A stretch of DNA of 64,000 nt from Candidatus Obscuribacteraceae bacterium. Its GTDB lineage: Bacteria > Cyanobacteriota > Vampirovibrionia > Obscuribacterales > Obscuribacteraceae. Of this stretch, positions 59,145-64,000 are shown piece after piece. The DNA is taken from the NCBI GenBank assembly GCA_044229845.1, contig JBGASG010000007.1:221844-285843 (forward strand). Direction: 5' to 3'. The position numbers were made by a program, and so were the translations under genes. Each line of letters starts with the position of its first letter. Position 1 is the stretch's first letter. The notes beneath the pieces are model-generated. The model did not search any database. It had not been told where the DNA came from and saw nothing but the letters and a program-made list of their open reading frames with translations.

Positions 59145-61037
59145 TTACTTCGATGCTGTTTCCTTGGGCGCTGCGGGCGCCTTATCAAGGTCGATGCCTT
59201 TGTTCATTTCCTTCTCGGCTTCCTTGGGATCGCCCAGTTGCTTCAGTACATCGGCCAGCTTGCGGTGCAAAATAGACAAGTTGGGAGCGATGTTGAGTGC
59301 GTCACGCAGTTCTTCTGCTGCTTTGACGAAGTTTCCTTCTTTTGAAAACTGTTCAGCCTTCTGCATATTAGGCTGCACTCTCAAAAGACTCACCTGGCGC
59401 AGAGCAGACTCTGCCTCGGGTTCGTTGAACGATGCCGCCATGCGGAAGTCGCCGGCTGCCTCGGCTAGCTCGCCTTTCTTCTGGTGAACGCTGCCGCGCA
59501 AGGCGTAGGCATGCCCATCGGCTGGGTCTTTGTCTAGCACTTCGTTCAGCAACTGCAGGGCGCCATCCATGTCGCCGCCGGACATGGCTTTTTCCATAGC
59601 CGCGTAGTTTTTGGCCGGTTTGCGAGGCGGCGGTGGTGCCGCTGCCACCGCTGGTGGTGCACTGGAGCCGGTGCTGCCTCCGCTGCCGCCGGTCGGTGTT
59701 GAAGTGCCGCCGCTGCCGCTGTTGCCGGTATTGTCCGGGATGTCCCCGGCTTCGTTGGCAGCTCCCAGTCGGCCGAAGGCGATTTTCAAATCCGGATCAA
59801 TATAAGGATTGATTTCTTTGGCCTTGCGGTAGCAATTCATCGCCTCATCGTTGTTGGCTTGATGTTCCTGCAGTCGCCCGAGGATGTACCACCAGCGGGC
59901 ATTCTCAGGGTCTTGATCGAGAAACTTCTTGACCTTGCCGATGCTTTCCTGCACGAGCGCAGGCGACGCCATCGCCGAGCGGGCCACGCGCTGGTGCAAT
60001 GCAATTCGGGCGGGCGCCAACGCGGTGTTGCGTGGGTCGAGCTTGTAGCACTGCTCGTAGGCAATCTTGGCGTGCTCGAAATCATCGAGCAAAACATAAG
60101 CGCCACCCAGCATCAGATAATTATCGAAAGACGGTTTGATAGCCACCGCTTCCCTGGCTACTTCCACAAAGCTGCGCTTGGCGTCGGCGTTGGCATCGTT
60201 GATTGTCACAGCTCGCCTGTATTCGGTGCCCGCGTTCATCAAGCGCCGCATGCCGATCGAGCCTTTGCCCATCTTTTTAGCGACAAAGGCGAACTCTTTG
60301 AGAATGTCGCCGAGACGCATATGACACTCAGCCAGTTCGATTTTGTCTTTGGGCTCCCAGTTTTTGGAAACAGCTATTTTCAGTTCGGCGAAACCGTCGA
60401 CGGTCTTGTTGGCTTTCATCAAGGCTTTGCCGAGTTTGGCATGGGTGGGTCCGTCGTCTGAGATCTTGACGCATCGTCGATACTCAACAATGGCAGTTTC
60501 GTAGTCGCCGGAAATTTCTGCATCTTCGGCGATGCGCACACGCACAGCCATGCTGTAGGGGTCTTTTTTGCCGCGCCTCAGGCATTCGTCGAGGTGGTCC
60601 TCGGCGGGGTTGTTGCCCGGATCGACATAAAGCGCACCGCGATACTGTTTCATCGCGTTATAAAGGTCGCCTTTATTCATCAGCATGTCGCCGTAACGAA
60701 GCTGAGCTGCAGACAAGTTGGTGCGGAAGGTTTTATTGTTAGGGTCGCCCATGAGCGCGGCTTCGTGCTCGCGGATTGCATCGGGCCAGAGACCCTTGCT
60801 GCCCAGTTCGACGCCGCGGTTGTTGTGCTCGAGCGGCGTGCGTGGATCCGGTGTGCTGAGGAAAACGCCACCACCGCCTCCTCCACCACCGCCCCCACCG
60901 CCGGAACGTCGCTTGGGAGCGGCATCGGCGCTGTTGGAGAGCACGGATAGAGCAAGAAGAGCGAGGAGCGAACTAGTAAAAATGGCTTTCATGGTGGTCG
61001 ACTCAATTGCGCGCTGTGGCTGACGAGAACTCGTCAT
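59145..61037 (-). CDS. secreted TPR protein with poly-Gly and Ser/Pro linkers
   Basis: Signal peptide, a poly-Gly tract, and EHNNRGVELG plus further TPR units. Confidence 0.8.
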   Translation of the reverse strand: MTSSRQPQRAIESTTMKAIFTSSLLALLALSVLSNSADAAPKRRSGGGGGGGGGGGGVFLSTPDPRTPLEHNNRGVELGSKGLWPDAIREHEAALMGDPNNKTFRTNLSAAQLRYGDMLMNKGDLYNAMKQYRGALYVDPGNNPAEDHLDECLRRGKKDPYSMAVRVRIAEDAEISGDYETAIVEYRRCVKISDDGPTHAKLGKALMKANKTVDGFAELKIAVSKNWEPKDKIELAECHMRLGDILKEFAFVAKKMGKGSIGMRRLMNAGTEYRRAVTINDANADAKRSFVEVAREAVAIKPSFDNYLMLGGAYVLLDDFEHAKIAYEQCYKLDPRNTALAPARIALHQRVARSAMASPALVQESIGKVKKFLDQDPENARWWYILGRLQEHQANNDEAMNCYRKAKEINPYIDPDLKIAFGRLGAANEAGDIPDNTGNSGSGGTSTPTGGSGGSTGSSAPPAVAAAPPPPRKPAKNYAAMEKAMSGGDMDGALQLLNEVLDKDPADGHAYALRGSVHQKKGELAEAAGDFRMAASFNEPEAESALRQVSLLRVQPNMQKAEQFSKEGNFVKAAEELRDALNIAPNLSILHRKLADVLKQLGDPKEAEKEMNKGIDLDKAPAAPKETASK

Positions 61038-61253
61038 ACAGTCATTGTTATCACGAATTGCCCGCAGCGTAGAGCGGTGGACTCTGCGCTGTGCCCGATT
61101 TCGGACAACATCACAGACTTTGTTCCACGTCTGACGGTAATCCTTGACTATAAATATGTTGTTTTTTCGCGGAAATGAAACCGGCTTTTTACCAGTGTTT
61201 CGCTAAACCCCGATTAGCACCGCCAACTGCTCAGTTTTCGCAGCGCCACATCC

Positions 61254-61310
61254 AAAACCCGAACCGATATCGGTTGGGGTTTGATCTGAACCGATATCGG
61301 TTCGGGTTTT
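61254..61310. repeat. palindromic repeat pair, copies 14-15 (cores 61262-61275 and 61289-61302)
   Basis: aaaacccg-core-ggggtttgatctg-core-cgggtttt; the outer arms make the whole pair one larger inverted repeat; 27-bp spacing. Confidence 0.95.
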
Positions 61311-61763
61311 TTAGAGTCCGTAAGAATTGCTTGCCAGGGTCAAATTTATGCCTTATTTTGGGTCCACTTACTAAACAACTGACCAAAGTCCTCTTCGCAA
61401 CCCGCGATCGATTACTCGCACAATCAATCCTCTTGCCTTCCCGGAAGGCCCAGGTTGTTACTTTAGCGTTCGTTGCGGCCTGGGCTGGGTATATAGGATT
61501 TGTTAGCTGGGATACAAAGTGGCAAGTGCCCAAAAACCCGGATATTGACAATTGGGGTAAAACGATTAAAAATTAGTCACCTTCGCTAGCTGGGCCCGGA
61601 TTCTGCAATCCCAAACGGAGGTTAAGGAAAGCAGGATCGGACTGCATAGTTAAGTTGCCCCTCGTGGGCAGCATCTCGTTTTTTGCGAGCGCCGCATACC
61701 TTACTAGACAGTCGAATATTGATCACGCCCAGCTTAGCGGCGAACTCTACTGGAGGGTTGAGA

Positions 61764-62828
61764 GTGAAAGCCAAGCATGCGCCTTTAGTGGCCGCAGTTT
61801 TATTTCTGGGAGTCGGTGTTGTTGTGCAACCGGCTTCTGCTCAGTTGCCGCCCACGAACATGGGCAAGTGGATCAAGCAACCTGGTGATAATCAGTACAC
61901 AGCAGCAACAGGTCTGACCCGTCATGGCAGCGGTGGTTATATCGACACCGGCGGTGGCGGCAGCGTCTATGTGAAGAAGAAAAATCCGGCCCCGATGCCG
62001 ATGGCTCAGAGCGGCGGTGGCGGTGGCGGCGCCGTGCCCATGGGCGGCTCGGTGGTCGTGCCGAGAGTAGATATTTCCCTTGAACCGATTGCAGCTGATG
62101 AGCCGGTTCCGCCAGGCGGATTTCCGCCTCTGCCAGAACGCCTAGATCTGCCCGTCAAACCAGGCGACACCTGGGGTGCCATATCCAAAGCGTCATCCAG
62201 TGGTGGCGGTGGCGGTGGTGGCGGCGGTGGTGGCGGCAGTGCCGAACCATCTTCCAGCATGCACCAGCACTACAAGCATGTCGCTCCGGGCGCCTATAAG
62301 ACGAAAGGTGGCGGTGGCGGCGGTGGTGGCGGCGGCGGTGGTGGTGAAGAAGACAGCGGCTGGGGCGCTGGTGACGGTGGTGGCGGCGGTGGCGGCGGCG
62401 GTAGCAGCTCCTCCGGCAACGGTGTCGGTTACTACAAATGCAAAACGGCTCCTTCGCCAGGCAGACCAGCCGGCGGCGGCGACACATTCGCAGTCAGCAC
62501 CACTGGTAAGGGTGCGACCGCAGCGGCTCCGCAGGGACGCCCGATTGGCGGCGGCGGCGGTGGTGGCGGCGGCGGCTTCGGCAAAGCGCCAGCGCTCGAT
62601 CCCAAAGCGGATGTAGCAGGCGCGCCGGAAGCACCGACTCCGATGGTCGTGACGCAAGCTACGACACAAGATCTTTCACTCCCGGATGATGACTACACGT
62701 CAGGACAGTTCAAAAATAACCGGACCAAGCGTTTCTTGAAACGGGCCGGCAAGCGTGTCGTCCGCTCGGGTATCCGCATGGGTCGTCGTGCCCTTAATAC
62801 AGGCACCGGCGGCATCATTGGTTTCTAA
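61764..62828 (+). CDS. secreted poly-Gly low-complexity protein
   Basis: GGAGG RBS, GTG start, signal peptide (QPASA), several GGN poly-Gly runs and a basic C-terminus. Confidence 0.75.
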   Translation: MKAKHAPLVAAVLFLGVGVVVQPASAQLPPTNMGKWIKQPGDNQYTAATGLTRHGSGGYIDTGGGGSVYVKKKNPAPMPMAQSGGGGGGAVPMGGSVVVPRVDISLEPIAADEPVPPGGFPPLPERLDLPVKPGDTWGAISKASSSGGGGGGGGGGGGSAEPSSSMHQHYKHVAPGAYKTKGGGGGGGGGGGGGEEDSGWGAGDGGGGGGGGGSSSSGNGVGYYKCKTAPSPGRPAGGGDTFAVSTTGKGATAAAPQGRPIGGGGGGGGGGFGKAPALDPKADVAGAPEAPTPMVVTQATTQDLSLPDDDYTSGQFKNNRTKRFLKRAGKRVVRSGIRMGRRALNTGTGGIIGF

Positions 62829-62853
62829 AAGGCAGGGGCAAGGAGTTCGTTTT

Positions 62854-63543
62854 ATGAAAATCAAAATCAGCCTGGTGGCAGTATCCCTGACGGTCGGTGT
62901 TATGTGCATCGCCTCAGCTGCCAACGCGCAAACAGCTAACGTGAAGGCCAAGGAAAAAGTGCACTGGTATAACGCGCCGCGCGAGTTCCAGATCATTGAT
63001 GATCGCCCGATTATCAAAGACTTCCGCGAAGCGCCCCAAGGACCGCAACAAGTTCAACTGCCCCCGCCTCCGCAAGGATTCGGGGGAGTCGGCGGTGGCG
63101 GCGGTGGTGCCAACGGCGGCGATGACGGCGGCACGATGCCGTCAGGCGGCATGCCGATGCAAGGCAGCATGCCGGGCGGACCTTACCGCACGGACGGCCC
63201 GATGACCGGCAACCCGATTCCGCTTCCTAATGCTCGCGGCTTCGGCGCGCAGGGCACCAATATTCCGTCGCGCGGCATGGGTCCTAAAGGACCGTTGCCC
63301 GGTGGTTTCTCTTCCGGTATTCACGGCAAAATCATGCCCTGGGCAAAACCAACGCCAGTCGCCGGCGCCGGTGCCGGACGCCCGAACGGCATGGGACGTC
63401 CATCGGCTAGCGGCGTCGCCAATGTACCGTCTGCCGCCAGTTATGGTGGCAACTACGGACCTTCCGGCAGCGCCTCCGGAGCTGGCGGCAACAGCACATC
63501 AACCGCCGTTCACGGTTATCTGCTCAACAGAAAAGGGAAATAA
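62854..63543 (+). CDS. secreted Gly/Pro-rich protein
   Basis: AAGGAG RBS, signal peptide (AANA) and a Gly/Pro/Met-rich body. Confidence 0.75.
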   Translation: MKIKISLVAVSLTVGVMCIASAANAQTANVKAKEKVHWYNAPREFQIIDDRPIIKDFREAPQGPQQVQLPPPPQGFGGVGGGGGGANGGDDGGTMPSGGMPMQGSMPGGPYRTDGPMTGNPIPLPNARGFGAQGTNIPSRGMGPKGPLPGGFSSGIHGKIMPWAKPTPVAGAGAGRPNGMGRPSASGVANVPSAASYGGNYGPSGSASGAGGNSTSTAVHGYLLNRKGK

Positions 63544-63548
63544 CCTCC

Positions 63549-64000
63549 TTGCTGAAACGGTCAGCCACACTGTTGTTCGCTATTGTCGCCCTCACTGCGT
63601 GCAATGAGGACAACAGCAACACGGCCTCCAATGGGAAACCGCAGATGAGCGTGATCGGCTCGCTGCGCCCGAAGGCTGACCCGGCTATGGTCGAACAGAT
63701 CCGCCAGGAAGAACTGCAGCGCCAGCAAGCGGCGCAAGAGCAAGCCATTGCTTCGAACCAGGATCAAGGTTCGAACAATGGTTTCTTCGGCTGGAGCGGT
63801 CTGCCGAAAGTCGAAACCGGATCTATCTCCGGCGACTACAAGAGACAGAATACGCAAGGATTGATCACTTCATCGACTTCCGGCTCCATACCGGGAACGA
63901 CCGAAGCCAATGCCACCAGCGGCTCCCCGAGCGGAACGCCGGGCAGCCCGGATCAATCCACCAGTACACAGAACAACTCCAATCCGTTCTGGCCGTTTGG
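63549..64000 (+). CDS. putative lipoprotein (3'-truncated by window edge; absent from the ORF track)
   Basis: TTG start, MLKRSATLLFAIVALTA-C lipobox; frame stays open to the window end. Confidence 0.65.
   Translation, partial: MLKRSATLLFAIVALTACNEDNSNTASNGKPQMSVIGSLRPKADPAMVEQIRQEELQRQQAAQEQAIASNQDQGSNNGFFGWSGLPKVETGSISGDYKRQNTQGLITSSTSGSIPGTTEANATSGSPSGTPGSPDQSTSTQNNSNPFWPF

Noticed and set aside
62200..62405. GGC/GGT runs as DNA-level microsatellites or phase-variation tracts
   Set aside because: They are in-frame mixed-codon poly-Gly, and triplet slippage would not switch frame

Overview
A 64-kb bacterial chromosomal segment, GC-rich by eye and densely coding. The gene set and cyanobacteria-like orthologues (HerA/DUF87, SnoaL/NTF2-like, DUF151), many TPR and Gly-rich secreted proteins, and the absence of photosynthesis genes suggest a non-photosynthetic cyanobacterial relative (Vampirovibrionia/Melainabacteria, possibly Obscuribacterales); this is inference only. 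Housekeeping genes include rluD, lspA, mdh, cobS, lipA, tpiA, prfA, prmC, hslO, rpmB, recG, hutH, lnt, recA, rimM and ubiX, plus four tRNAs. The strongest unexplained signal is a perfect 14-bp palindrome, AACCGATATCGGTT, that I found by eye 15 times at 11 loci. All copies are intergenic, have conserved arms, and extend to perfect palindromes of up to 38 bp. The longest copy lies directly upstream of an IS1595-transposase-derived gene whose catalytic DDE core appears to be replaced by a DprA-type winged helix. Other points of interest are a KimA/KUP-like K+ transporter with a minimal KdpD/KdpE pair and no kdpFABC, an MglA GTPase without MglB, a rifampin-phosphotransferase-like enzyme, and two genes broken by apparent internal deletions. 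All family assignments come from motif recognition; no searches were run.
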